A DNA stretch of 56,501 nt, filler included, from Sluysia triapertura (Eukaryota), in NCBI GenBank assembly GCA_046118255.1. It is 4 parts of 4 records of this genome, joined end to end, with 100 filler letters (N's around TTAATTAATTAA, not from the genome) between each part and the next. Parts side by side here need not be neighbours in the genome. Positions count along the whole stretch, not along the records: positions 29,727 to 44,211 come from JBJNIA010257184.1; positions 44,312 to 56,501 come from JBJNIA010130626.1; 2 more parts are not named here. The stretch is one strand, 5' to 3'. A program made the position numbers and the translations under genes. A model generated the notes under the pieces. The model had not been told where the DNA came from. It saw only the letters and a program-made list of their open reading frames with translations, and did not search any database. This document shows positions 39,761 to 53,526 of the stretch, piece after piece (position 1 is the first letter of the stretch; every line of letters begins with the position of its first letter).

Positions 39761-41164
39761 AGTTAATTATAATAAAAATTAAGATTAAAATAAATTTATT
39801 ACCAAAAACTTTATACGAAATAATTAGTAAACAATTTCGTAAAATAATAATATATTTTAAATTGGATTGTAAAAAATTAATCCACTGTTAAAATTTTTTA
39901 AATGATGCAATTTAATATGCTACCCTGAAATGGTAGCGCAATAGAAACTTAATTTTAAGTTAAATATTAATCAAGAAATTTTAAAAATTGCGGGAAACTT
40001 AACACAAAAAACTAACAATAATCTAAGTCTTAATGCGAGCAGGTTGTAAGCGGGTCCTGATTCTTCAAAAAACTGTTAAATAACTCGAAACAGTTGCGAA
40101 TTATATAAAGAATTGTAAAAATTGTATAAAAATTTTGTGAGTTTTTTCAATCTAAATGTATGTTTAAATACCTTAAAATGTGGCCTTGAGGCCACTGTGT
40201 TTTAAAACAAATTAGAGAAAATAAATTAAAGATTTCAAAATAGTGAATAATAAATACTTTCCCTTAAAATGATTAAAAATTAATATTATTAATATAAGAT
40301 TTTATTTAAAAATTAGTATTAAAATAATTAAAAACTTACATTAAAAATCGTCCAAAAATTAAATAGATTTAAAATTATTATCGAAATAAAATAAACTTTT
40401 AAGTTAAATACATGTATTAATAAAATAGACATGAACTTAATTATTATTGATTTATGTAAAAACATATATTTATGTACAAACATAACATATTGATATATGT
40501 ATAACAAATTATTCGAAACAATATATATTTTTATGTCATATTCATGGGTCGTTAATGAAACCTCTAAGACTCATTGATGACTATATGATTAACATACTAA
40601 ACGGTACGGCATTAGATAGCGGATCAAGACATCCGTACGCATCGAGATTAAATAAATTTAAATTGTAATAAAATCTGTATTCACTTAAGAAACTTTTAAT
40701 ACACTTTTCTGACTCCTTTTCAAATTTTACAGCAAAACATTGCTTAGACCTTTCATTATTACAAAGTCGAATCTGTTCATATGTGTCTGCACAATCAGAA
40801 TTCTAGAATAACATCTAATATCCGTGGTAATATCCGAGGATTCATGAAACACATTAATTTGTAGCATTTCGCCAGATAATGATTTATTTTAATTACAAAA
40901 TATTTGAAATATTTTCAAAATGTATAAAAAATTTTTTTGGCAAAGAACAATATTTTGTAAGTTAAAACAAAAATTTAATAATAAGATTACATAAAAATAA
41001 TATGAAATTAAAATTTAAAAACACTATGATCGATCCTGTGAATAATCTTAAAATGTTATATTTAAAATCATTTTAATATTGACCATAATATTAATAAAAT
41101 AAAATCATTTTAAAATAAGAACTAGAAATTACAAAAATATAAGCCAAAAAACAAAATTTTCATA

Positions 41165-41217
<53 letters not shown>
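41165..41217. repeat. (ATT)n microsatellite
   Basis: Direct reading. Confidence 0.95.
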
Positions 41218-43023
41218 GTTTTATTACTTTGATATGACGATTATTATTATATAATCTTATGATATATGCATTATTATTTTTATTAGTGACTACTTATCAT
41301 TTTAGTCTGTTACTTTGATTAATTTTATATGAACCGTTATTATTATATAATTTTGTGACACCTAAACGACTAGTATTATAATTTTTATTAGCCAATATTA
41401 ATACGAACTATTATTATTATTGAATGTAGTATAATTTGTATTACTTTAATTTTATGATATACAAACAATTATCATTATTGAATGTAACGTATTATTAATT
41501 TTATATACCCAAAAATAAATATAGATAGACCGTTGAAAATATAAAATACAACAATATTTTAAGATCTCAAAAAACATTGCGATTCTTGTTCGAGATTATT
41601 TGCTGATTACATTATGGTTATTATTGAAGTGATATATTATTTTTAACTAAGGTGTCGAATATTTGTTAAATATTTTTTGGCTTAATACTGTCTATTTTAA
41701 ATATTTTTATTAATCTGTTAAAGTATAATGCAATTATAATATTCATTTGTATAACTTAATCATATTGTTTAAATAAAATTTAGTGACTTTTTTATTCATA
41801 TTAAAAGGAATTAAAAAATAGAGCCTACAAAATAAAATAAAGCTTCTAAGAAGTAAACTAAAGTTGTAAGGTAAAATAAGGTTGTTACGATAAAACAAAG
41901 TAAAGCTTTACCAAGTAAAAAGATAGTCGAATATGATTCATAAATTAAATTAAAATTAAATAAATCTCAACTAACTCTAGGTAAAATAGAAATTTAAATC
42001 AAGAAAACTTATAAGATAAATTATTTGTCAAGCACTTCCATCTCGAACAACTGAGACTCGCGACATTAAACGATAAATACTTTTGATTGAGCCTATTTTT
42101 AATAAAGTAGGTGAATAAGTGAATCATTATTAATAGTACCGATATAATTGAAAGAACTCAATGTAGAATAACCAGCCAAAAACATTGATTCAAACAATTA
42201 AATTTAACTAATAAAATAATTTTTAACAATTCTTAATTGGAAAATAGTATAGCAGTATCGGACTGCTACCGGGTGGATGTGAACTAAAATATACCCTTTT
42301 CTTGTAATCCTTTCAATTGACAAAATCTTGAGTGTTGTATGCATACTCTAGATTTGCTAAATTCTAGTAACAATTTAGGTTAATGCAAATTGTTTATATA
42401 GTGATGAACCAAATATTGGGTTGCCTTTTATTCCACAATAATAAGTATTCTAAATAATAAAATTATGAGATTCTTATTAAATTTATGAAACAATGTGTTG
42501 TCACAACATTTAAAATATTCTGCATCAGCTTTTTTAATAATATTTTAATATAATTCTGTGAAATTTCTGGAACCAATGTGAAACATTTTGTATATATAGT
42601 AATATTGTTTAATTAACTATAATTATAATAAATAAGAAAAGAAACAGTTATTGAAATTAGAGCTGTTGAATCTTAGTTCTAACTCGTCATCTCATCTAAG
42701 AAATGGAAGTGCAAATCGGATTTTAAATTCTATTTCAAAATCTCAAATTAAAAGAACTAAAAGTACCACAGGTAAAAATATTTTGTAATTATTTTAAATT
42801 TTATTTTATTTATTTGTTTAAATGTTTTCCATAATCACATAATGCTTCTGCATGAAATATCCAAATATATTTTTAATATTTTATTATTTTTCATAAATGC
42901 ATTAATCATAAGTTCGTTGAAGTATTGTATTTTATCTATCTTTGTGCAATATTTGATTTATCAAAGAACAAATTAATGCTATGGGTAAAGCTTAATTTTG
43001 GCACATTAATTTTTTACTAAATA

Positions 43024-44132
43024 TGGGTTGTTCGGAAAGTAATTTCGTTTTTCCCAACAGAGGACTTAATTGTGTTTTTTCAGGGCCGACTTCAAACTTA
43101 AGCCGCATAATCATTATATATTTTGACAGCTGATGTAGTGCTCTATCAAAGATGGAAAATCGAAAGCAGCATTTTCGGCATATTTTACTCTTACTATTTC
43201 AAGTATTTCAAGCAAAGCGAAAATGATGTGATGCGTAAAGGAAAAATTGCAAAATTTCGTTCCGGCAATTTCGATATTGAAGATGCACCACGTTCTAGAA
43301 GGCCAGATGACGCCGATGAAGACAAAATAAAGGCATTGATAGATGCAAATCAACTCGTGAGATTGATGGGAGGTTAAAATTGTCGAATTCGACTTTTCAT
43401 GATCACGCGAAACGTATTGGCTTAATTTCAAAACTTGAAATATGAGTTCCACATGTTCTTACAGAACGAAATTTGCTTTGTCGCAAACGTCAAGAAAATG
43501 ATTCATTTTTGAGGCAACGAAGAATGGGTTTGCAAAAATGTTAAGTGTAAGAGATCATTGAGTAAAAAAGATGAACCACCTGAAACAACCTCGAAGGCCG
43601 ATATTCACCAAAAAGGTTATGCTATCCGTTTGGTGGGATTTCAAGGGTATCGTTTTTAGACCTTGTACCGGACAATATCACGATTAATTCTGAAGTGTTC
43701 TGTGATAAACTGAACAAAACGATTGATTCAAACAAACAGAAAAGACCAGAATTAATCAATGGAAAAGGTATAGTGTTTCACCACGATAATGCGAAACCTC
43801 AGACAAGTTTTGTAACTCACCAACAGCTTGAATAGGTCTTACTACCACAACAAGCATGTTCTCCAGATTTGGCACTTTCGGACTATTACTTGTTCCGATC
43901 TTTACAAAATTTTTTGTACGGAAAGATCTCCAATTCAAATCAAGACGTCAAGTATCACTTGACAGCTAAGATCAGAAGTTTTATGAGCGCAGAATCAATC
44001 TCCAGCCCGAAAGATGGCAAAAGGTATTGAACCAAAATGGAGAATATATAATTTAATAAAATGTTTATACACTCTAAAAAATCGTGTTTCATTTTCACCA
44101 GAAAAAACGAAATCACTTTCCAAACCACCCCA
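43024..44132 (+). mobile_element. Near full-length defective mariner (DD34D) transposon; transposase pseudogene 43152-44056
   Basis: About 30-bp imperfect TIRs TGGGTTGTTCGGAAAGTAATTTCGTTTTT / AAAAACGAAATCACTTTCCAAACCACCCCA with TA flanks. Peptides include MENRKQHFRHILL, FRSGNFDIEDAPRS, VPHVLT, MLSVWWDFKGI, FHHDNAKP, SPDLALSDYYLFRSLQNFL and QNGEYII*. Confidence 0.95.
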
Positions 44133-44139
44133 TATTATA

Positions 44140-44211
<72 letters not shown>
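44133..44211. repeat. (ATT)n microsatellite at contig end
   Basis: Direct reading. Confidence 0.95.
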
Positions 44212-44311
44212 NNNNNNNNNNNNNNNNNNNNNNNNNNNNNNNNNNNNNNNNNNNNTTAATTAATTAANNNNNNNNNNNNNNNNNNNNNNNNNNNNNNNNN
44301 NNNNNNNNNNN
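44212..44311. other. Artificial 100-bp contig spacer
   Basis: N44-TTAATTAATTAA-N44. Confidence 0.97.
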
Positions 44312-44530
44312 GAACCTCATTAAAATCATTTATAGAATTCTATAGGTTCAGTTTAAGAACCTCATTAAAATAATAACAAACGGTTCTAGAATAGAATCAA
44401 ATTAAAATTTAGAACTTTCTGAATAAAATATTTTAATTAAGTATAACAGGTGACCTCCTTGCATTGCCAAATAAATCCAACGGTTGGCCGTTAAGTGAGT
44501 AAGTCCAATACGTTGGTGGACTCACTTCTT
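44312..44530 (-). repeat. Second, inverted copy of the 39414-39760 repeat end
   Basis: The reverse complement GTGAGTCCACCAACGTATTGGACTTAC...GGCCAACCGTTGGATTT matches 39414-39465. GAACCTCATTAAAA units are present. Confidence 0.7.
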
Positions 44531-45587
44531 AATTTAACACTTTTCTTACATATATATAAAGCTTTCTCGTTTTGCATTGTTTTTATAGAAAGGGAAATTC
44601 ATTCCCCTAATTCACCAGCAATAAAAAAATGTTTAATATTACTTTAGCTTTCAAAATGAAACATATGTACCTAAACGTAATAATCAATAATAATTATAAA
44701 TTATTTCTTGAAATAACTAAAAATTCATCACAAAAATATATAAACGATGATATTGTCAACAAATAAATAATTCGTTTACCTTTTTTAAACCTCAAAATAA
44801 ATATTTACCTAATGAATTAACAAATCTTCTGTTTGGGTTAATAAATTCTCTAAACTTCTTAAACATTTTGTTTGATATCGTATAATTTTACAATTATAAA
44901 CTGTATAAAGTTTAAAATATATTATGATAGCATAAAAAATCGCACAAAGTATGTTTGAATGTATTTTAATTGCCATTACTTTATAGAATAATTAAAATGC
45001 TTGGTATATTGAAAATAATATTAATCAACATTTAATTATATGTTTAATTAACGTATATTATATATATAATATACGTTTTATAATCAGTAGCTCAAAATTA
45101 TATTCAATAATTTATATCACAACCAAAATAATAAACATAAATTACAAGGTGAGAGATTTTCAAATCATATCATTATTATATGCACAAAATATCTTATGTA
45201 TCTGACTTAACTTAAATAAGAGTGAGATATGACACTACATCTAGAACAGAATTTGTTTCACAAATTATTATTATTATTATTACAAAGTACCATTTCTACA
45301 GTACAAATATATACGCGCACACTTAGAAACTTGTTTATTTACAAATCATAATTATCATTATTGAGAAAGAGCAATCACGATACAACATATATGTATAATT
45401 ATAATATATTCATTTTAATGAATTTGATGTAGATTTTAAATATTGTTTTAATAATTAGTATTTGTCAAATCAAATATATTTGATTGTGTATATTGAATTC
45501 ATACTTTAAATAAGAGATAAGTTTCTTCTTATTTGTTTAAGTTTTTAATCATGAGAAAATGTCAATGTATGCATTGAAGTTCAAAAA

Positions 45588-45657
45588 TGGACTGACGAGA
45601 TACAAACTCGGAACCTTCTGCTAAGCAGTCAGTGCTGTTACTTCTAGTTTACCAATT
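45588..45657 (-). repeat. Decayed tRNA-derived repeat (SINE head or pseudo-tRNA)
   Basis: The minus strand reads ...AGCACTGACTGCTTAGCAGAAGGTTCCGAGTTTGTATCTCGTCAGTCCATTTTT, collinear with 47749-47826. Confidence 0.5.
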
Positions 45658-45687
45658 TGATCTTAATAGTTAATTGCCAATTGTTAA

Positions 45688-45792
45688 CTGATCAGATGAA
45701 GCAACATCAAGACTATAAGCTGGATATGTCAGAACTTCTAGACTGATTTTTCTAGCATTACACGGCTTTGCATTGTCTTGCTGAGTCAAAGC
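45688..45792 (-). mobile_element. Short mariner transposase fragment
   Basis: ALTQQDNAKPCNARKISLEVLTYPAYSLDVASSD corresponds to QDNAxPH...EVLxHPxYSPDLAPSD. Confidence 0.75.
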
Positions 45793-47748
45793 AGGTACTT
45801 TTCAAAATGCATGATTCTTTCGAAGTTCCACGAACGGAAATAGCAAACTTTCCGAATTGATTTTTCTTTGGAACGGATTGAAGAATTTGACCTTTTACTT
45901 CGATCGTACTTAACTATGTATAACCTCTTGAAATAATGTTATAACTAGCATTATAACTTTTTCCTCAACCCGACGATTATGTACAATGATTATAAATTAT
46001 TATGTACTTTCACCTTTAAAATTTCGTAATAATAATATTTTAAAGCAAATCTTTAATTGGTCTTTAACAATAGAATTTTATAATGAAAATTATTCTAAAT
46101 TGGTACATAAATTTTTTTAAAGCTTTGAAAAAGCTAATAAAAGTTGTAATAAAATAATAAAATAGTAATAAACTGGTATGATAACAAAGCACGACATTTG
46201 TAAATAGTGCTGAATTTACAAAAGCTCTCATAAGACTAACAAAAGAAAAATAATTTTTACCAAAACATACATCCGACCTAATTTGGTATAATTGATCAAA
46301 CTTATGGATTTGTAAATTCATTTGATACATTCACGAAAACAATTTATAAACAATTATACAATCTTGGTTATTAAATGTAATCGAATTCAATCACTTCTGG
46401 AAATAATTGGGAATAACATAATAATATTTTGGTCGATTAGGTCTATAACGCGCTTATATCCGGCTTTGCAAAAGGTAGCATCTTTTTATCAGCTGGTTGG
46501 TTAATTTGTAAGTTTTGATTGTATAAATTGTTTCCCTTTGTTAATTAATGGATAAAATATATTTAACATTTGCTTAATTTGAGGCTAAATTAATGTCAGT
46601 CATAAAATGATTCTAAAATTTTTAAAAGAAAATTATTAAGAATCCATCTTAATAATATAATATGGCATTGAATTATTTATATAAAGAATTTTATTACAAG
46701 TATATAATGGTTTTGCAATGTAATTTTAAGTGTTATGCAATTATTTGTATTCGAGTATATCTAATTGTGATTTGTTCAATTTGCTTGATACGAATGTATA
46801 TATTTGAAAGGCAAATAAATCCTGAATTGAGTTAGAAATTAGAGATAATATAAAGTTCTACTAGTAGATTGAAATAAAGATCAAATATAATACAAGTAAT
46901 TAATATTTAATTAAGATGGTGAATTATTATGGTACGGGAAAATTATTTATAAAAGTGCAATAACGTTGTTGAACTTGTTGACGTTGGAACTAATAAGACA
47001 TGAACAGTTATAATAAAATTTATAGTTAAAGAACCGCAATAACCTTGAGTATTGAAATTCTAGTTTTCATAATAAAGTTTAACTAATTTTTATTTTTGAA
47101 GAATACCATTATTAAAAGGAAATTTTAAATTTAAATTTAAAGGAATATTAAAAGAAAATATCTTACAGAAATGTCTTCCATAGAAATATAAACCGTTTAT
47201 CATAGACAAACCCTAAACTAAGTTAATTCCATTTTGCAGAAAATAGAATTTTTTAACTTTTGAAAAAGGTTCACTGTTTTCGCTGATGTTTATGATTGAA
47301 ATGAGGATATTAAACTCAAGCATTTTCTTACGCACTTAGAAAAAATGAACAAATATTATCACTTAATATTCAACAATCACAACAATAGGAATGTTAGAAC
47401 AATTTTGTAGATTTATTTCAATCAATAATTATTGGTGAATCATCCGATCAGAACAGTGTCAATGAATTTCGAAATGAACAAGGACTTACATAACTTAATA
47501 ATTTATCAATTAAAATATCACACGCATCTAATGTTTGACAACGAACTTAAACGGGAACAACAATCAATTATAAATACATCACAATTACAAGGTATATTTT
47601 ATTTTAAAACTTTTCAAAATATTCATACACAAAAAACCATAGACATTTCATTGAAAATTCAATCTCTAGACCAACAATTATTATTTCTAAAAAGGCCTAA
47701 AGTGCCATGATACTAATATTGACTATAATAAAATAAAATTGTTAGACG

Positions 47749-47821
47749 GGGCTGATAGTTCAGAGGGTAGAGCATCGAACTGCGCAGCGAGAGGTCCCGG
47801 GTTCGATCCCCAGTTAGTCCA
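47749..47821 (+). tRNA. tRNA-like sequence, probably a pseudogene or SINE head (Cys-like body, loop reads GCG)
   Basis: Acceptor stem GGGCTGA/TTAGTCC, A-box TAGTTCAGAGGG, B-box GGTTCGATCC, trailing TTTT. The anticodon stem TCGAA/GCGAG does not pair. Confidence 0.6.
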
Positions 47822-48607
47822 TTTTATGAAGTTTAAAAAAATAACGATCTGAATAAAAATAGATAAAATGAAAAATGTAATTATCAAAATTGATTTAAAA
47901 AGTAACTTTAATTCTTGTATCAACCAGCGTATACACTACGTTTTATAAAATTTGTAAGATTAATAACCATTTAACTGACAAGTGCAGTAAAATTAAAGTA
48001 ATTAACTATTAATGTTATAAAAATATTTCTATCTTTAATACAAAATAACACATCTTTTAACGATAAATAATAAACAAAAGCAAAAGAATTGTATATTTCA
48101 ATTATTTTAAAACTCTTTTACTGCTCAATAAGATAAAATATATTAAAGCTAGAGACACAACAATTAGAAAAATTACAAAACAAATTAATCACATGTTAAG
48201 AATAACATGTGAAGTAATAAATTATGCAGAATTAATAAAAATAAATACTAAATCACATAAATTCGAAAAAATTATATTTTTCTTTTATATAATATTAATA
48301 TTAAACTTCCTTTTATTGATCTTTTAATAAATAAAAATAGTTACAGCTATAGATGAACGATTTTCGATAATATTTGATAAAACAACTTAATCAAAATGGT
48401 TGCAAATGGTGGAATTGTTAACATAAAAGGTAACTTATATAGTATTATCGCAATTAATTCAAAATATTGTCCTTAAACATTCATTAATAAAGTTAATTTT
48501 ACTTTTTTTTTACTAAAATCACTTATAACTAAGTCAGTAAGAATTTAATATTACTTATAAAATAAATATTGATAAGTTTAAGATTATTTTACTCACGATT
48601 ATGAATA

Positions 48608-48714
48608 CACCTATCCCCCGATTTACACGGTACTCGTTTTACACGGTTTTCCAAATAAGTTTTTTTTTCGTTTTTCTCAGGAACGTGTCTACCGTGTAAA
48701 TCGGGAGATAGGTG
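48608..48714. mobile_element. 107-bp MITE, Tc1/mariner superfamily
   Basis: 25-bp TIR CACCTATCCCCCGATTTACACGGTA with one mismatch, TA flanks, and an internal extra TTTACACGGT. Confidence 0.9.
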
Positions 48715-48789
48715 TACTTTATTAAATTTGGTATTTCACATTTTTACATTCTGTCGTGAATGTAAACGATACACAATTTAAAAACTCAA

Positions 48790-49240
48790 ATAAAGCACAC
48801 GAATAGCCATCCCAGCATTGACAGATTCATTACGACCGAACAGAGTTATAACATGGAATAAATTCCAAAGCAAAACACACTTTATTTCCCCAATCAAACT
48901 TCCATTTCAAATAATTTAAAATTTACATTCCTTCACATTAAGAAAAAATAACTTCAGCATATGAGGTACAAAACATGGAAGTTGATATATGAAAATGAAG
49001 ATTGTGCTAGTGTTATTAAGCGACTTTGTAGTCATGCATCAATGAAAGATAATTATTATTAATTTAATTAATTTTTACGTATAAAGCTAATTTATAATTC
49101 TAATTTAGAAATCACTTAATTATGACTTTATTATAAAAATGTTCTTTGTTATATAGCTAAGAAAATTTACCTGGTACTCCACTTTTAGAAACCGGACATA
49201 TCACACTTTAATACTCATATAATGACAACATGATATTTTC
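48790..49240 (-). pseudogene. Possible decayed rhodopsin-class GPCR fragment (TM1-TM3)
   Basis: SGVPG followed by a GTAAAT donor at 49170, then TKSLNNTSTIFIF, WKFDWGNKVC and SVVMNLSML in the expected TM1/ICL1/ECL1/TM3 order, with frameshifts. Confidence 0.4.
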
Positions 49241-50229
49241 AAACATTCCTATTCCAAAGATCCAGATCTGATACGCTAATACCAAATGATATGTGTATTT
49301 ATGCAAACATCGTGTAAGAAGGATTAAAGATTAAACACAAAGATTATACTTAAAATTCTCAATTTAAACTATATTTATCTTAATCATTTGTAGTCTTCAT
49401 GCACTCTCCACAGTATTAGTTAAATCATTATGTATGGTCTATACAAGATCCAATGGAAATTTAAGATTCAAAAGAAAGAAAAAGAAATTTTAAGAGTTAG
49501 AAGGAAATAAAGAAAAGAACTATAAAAATTTGCATCGCTCAGCAAACATTGTAATCATACTCACGTACTAAGATCGTCAAACAAAGTCTCCATACATCTT
49601 GCACTTTCGACATTACACTTCAACGCTCGAACCAGCTACAATTTTATTCTACATTTATATTAAATCAAAACCAGCCGCATTCAAGAAATATTCTTTATAT
49701 ATCTACATTTAAAGATGTCAATATAAACTTGTTAATTTTTTGGTGTTACAGACCTAAAACTTTATTTTAGTTCTTATATTGAATATTCAAATGCTCATGT
49801 TAAATTATAATGTAATCAATGTGGTAACTCAAACGACATTTTTATTATATGACAGACAGGCGTATCATAATATACATAATATCATAAGAAAATAAGAAAA
49901 TATTGAAACAAGAAAAATTAGAAAAATTAAGACAACAGAAATTTCAATTGCACTTGAATCACTTGTAAATGTATAGAAACAGTACGAACTATTAATGAAT
50001 TGAAATCACGTTAGATGTTATTGAAAAAACTAAACAAATCAATAAATTAAGCTTAGCCTTGCAAGACTTGGAGGATATACTAAAACAAGAAAATGAGGAA
50101 AATCTTATTTTAATAACAAGAAATTGTAACTCATTAATCAAGCTAATTTTGATTTAATATTGGCACAAAAGGAAAAATTTTTTAAAATTTGATTTTTAAA
50201 AACAATATGGATATAAATAAATTATACAT

Positions 50230-50760
50230 TAATGTCTAAGGAATTGTTAATAGGTATATAAATGGATATCTGAAGAACTGATGGTCAAATTCATTCAGCA
50301 ATAATATATTCTACAGATAAAGATACTGTAATTATTACATCTTTAAATAATCTTTTAAAAATGATAGTGAGATCGCAAACATTCAAAAAACAACTTAGAA
50401 AGTAATGTAATAGAATCAATAAATGAGCCAAGTAATCATAATGCTATGGAGTAAATGAAGCCGTGTATGATATGTGAAGATCATAATAAAAACTTATAAG
50501 CATGCTAAATCAGGTAAAAGTGCTCATATAAGTTATTTTGATCTTTACACTGAAGGAAATTGGATAAAATTGAAAAATACATTTTCACAAATTCGTTTTA
50601 ATGAATTTACAATAGTTGAGGAATGTAAAGCTCACAGAATGACGAAAAGCGGTATTTCAGAATATGAAGTTTCAAAATCTGGACAACAATAATTTAATTT
50701 GCAATTAGTGAAGCTGAATGCAGTATTGAATGTGTAAATGAATCTTCTAAGTCACATCTA
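50230..50760 (+). mobile_element. Possible MULE/SWIM-type transposase remnant
   Basis: IIYSTDKDTVIITSL (TDKD motif), SNVIESIN and EYEVSK...ECSIEC appear in plausible order, with many stops. Confidence 0.25.
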
Positions 50761-53453
50761 TTAAAATTTAAGTTTTAAAAAATTAAAAAAGACGAAAAAA
50801 GTGAATTTGAATTTAAAACTTCTCTAATTCGGTTGTCATATTTCAATCTATTTGTTTTTATTAAGTACTAATAAAAACAAATATGATATTTATGAAGGAG
50901 TGTATTTGCTCTAATAAATATCGATTTGTTTAATACAAAGTGTATAAAAACTTTAATAAATTATATTCAATTAGGAGTTGATAAGTTATTCCAAAAAATG
51001 AATACTGATCTGTGTATTGATTCCAATGAAACTAAGGAGGTGCTATGTTTGCATGAAAATAGTTGGTAATCAATATGCAACTTACAAATGTTCAGCTAAA
51101 CATTTTGTAATACGCTTATTGGAGTCATTTTGTAATATTCACCGATTAGATTTGGAAGAGATTGCTCTGCATAACAAAAACGTAAAAGCTAAAACTTAAT
51201 CCCTTTTGAATATTTTCGTAAGTTTTATTTATATAAAGTTTTCTTTAATTATCTAAGGATTAAAATCTACTCAAAATACTTTTAACTGGTATAGAGTCAG
51301 TTTTAAAATCCTGTTATAAAGTTTTAATTTGGTATTGTTATGTTAAATAAGATTATAGGGATGTATAAGTTTATGAAGTTTATAAGTTGGATTTGACTTA
51401 GCTCTTCTCGAGGTTACTGTTCGCTCGTCTCTGGTGTAAGAGATGGAAGTGCGATATTAGTTTGATTAAAAATTTGCCTTCTCCTTTTAACTAACTGAAA
51501 TAATATAGACTAAACACACTAAGGTTTATTTGTCATAAATTAATACAAAGTCAAAAAATTCGAATAATATACGCAATATAAAATATAAGATATACCACAC
51601 GTAGTTATATTTTAGGTGCTCATGAATACTTAAAAATAAATTTAAATTTAATACTTTAATTATTTTAAATGTTATTCTGATAAGGATGGAATAAATAAAA
51701 AAATATTCAAATGTTAAATAACTTCGATTAATGTACAATAATTTAATCGAACTGAATATCTTAGTCTCTTCTCCAAGTAACACTTGAAATCTCCTTCTTC
51801 AATAATAAATTGCACTTTCTTCTTCAATTATAATTTGCACCTTCAATAATAAATTGTACCTTGAATAATAATTGTCTCCCATTTTTGTTTCTTTATATAC
51901 GCTTTTTTAGACTAATAGTTTTTCTTGTCTCTTTGTAATAGTAATTAACTTTATATTATTTATTATTTTTTCTGCAATTTAATTTATTTATTATATGTTT
52001 TTTATTATTCTCTATAATATATGACGATTATTATTTCTTTCATAAAATAATAAGCCTTTGATAATATTAATATTGACGCTGATGACAATAGGCTTTTATT
52101 ATTACTACAAGTTTTTATTTTTATAATAGGTGCTTTTATTGTCTTTTCACTTTTGCAATATCAATAATGACAACAGTAACAATGGTCCTTTAACATTACT
52201 TTTACCATTATTCTATTACAGTCTCTTAGGACCATTGTTTTTTTGGAAATTATTCTTGTATTAACTAATACCATAATTTTATTTTCTAATTTATTTTAAT
52301 TTTTGATATTTTGCATTTTAATTTTAAAACGAAAAAAAAATTTTTATATTAATTTCAACATAATATTAATTCTAATATTAATTCAATTTTAAAATATTAA
52401 TTTAAACATAATAATATTAATTCAACAGCACATAATACTCTATTTTGTAAAATTCATTGCATTAGCATCATTTCACACACTTGTGTTAGTATTTTGTAAT
52501 ATATATTGAAGATTGATTTATTTAGTATAGTATAAAATATACAAAAAGTGATATTGACTTATTTTCGTACCATTGTTGGCAATATACGTTTTAAGTGATA
52601 ACGTTTTTGATAAAACATTTAAAGTGTTAAAAAAACGTAAACGAGTTATAAAGATTGAATAAATATCATCAAACGAATATTATCGTTCGAATTTAACATT
52701 ACTTTAATCCAAAGATTATTAATAGAAAGATAATTAAAAGTGATAGCCAGCAAGGAAATTAATTATCATGAATTACAGGAGTAAACAACACCGTAATTAA
52801 GAATATCCTCAGAATTAAGATATGTTTTCGATTACCAGTAAAGAACTATTAGGATCTAAGACATCAATTACAGGCGGACTTAATAAGTTAGAGATTAATA
52901 ATATATTTTGAGGTGCGATTTCCGTAGAGAAAATTTTGGATTTTCTTAATTTCTGCATTGTGTGCAGAGCTACTCTTTTTTCCAGTATTTTCTACTAATA
53001 TTATCTTATAGCCAATTAATATTTTATCCTATTATGTGACCCTTTCCTTTCTATGTATTTTCGTGCTATTATTGCCAATTTCATTCACATTGTTATTTAT
53101 ATTAAAATGTTTGATTGGTCAGATTTATATATAAATACGTATTCATTTACTTTCTAGTCATTTGTGTTTGTTAATATTAATTTTTCGTTTTTAATTCGTA
53201 TTTTATTGACTTATTAATTCAGCTGTAACAAATTCATATGTTTTGGTAGATTTTTATTTTTATTTTCGTTTGATTTTGATTTTATAACATTTCAAGATGC
53301 TTAAATAAAAGTAGGGTCATTTTTAACACAATTCACAGTTCTATTGTCCGGACATTACGGTACTTAATATAATCTTCAAAGAATTATAATAGTTGTACAG
53401 TTTATTTATATTAAAATGTAACTTTTTATGTAACATTATGTCAAGCACTACAT

Positions 53454-53455
<2 letters not shown>

Positions 53456-53500
<45 letters not shown>

Positions 53501-53526
53501 TAATAAATAATAATAATAATAATAAT
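53456..53526. repeat. (AAT)n microsatellite
   Basis: Direct reading. Confidence 0.95.

Noticed and set aside
40590-40650. ALDSGS aspartic-protease-like motif
   Set aside because: Isolated six-residue match with no surrounding open frame or other pol domains.
44014-44267. Poly-Tyr and poly-Leu ORFs
   Set aside because: Translation of the (ATT)n microsatellite and Ns.
51017-51199. RRCYVC...YKC as a piggyBac cysteine-rich domain
   Set aside because: The remaining Cys/His ligands are missing and no adjacent piggyBac transposase is recognisable.
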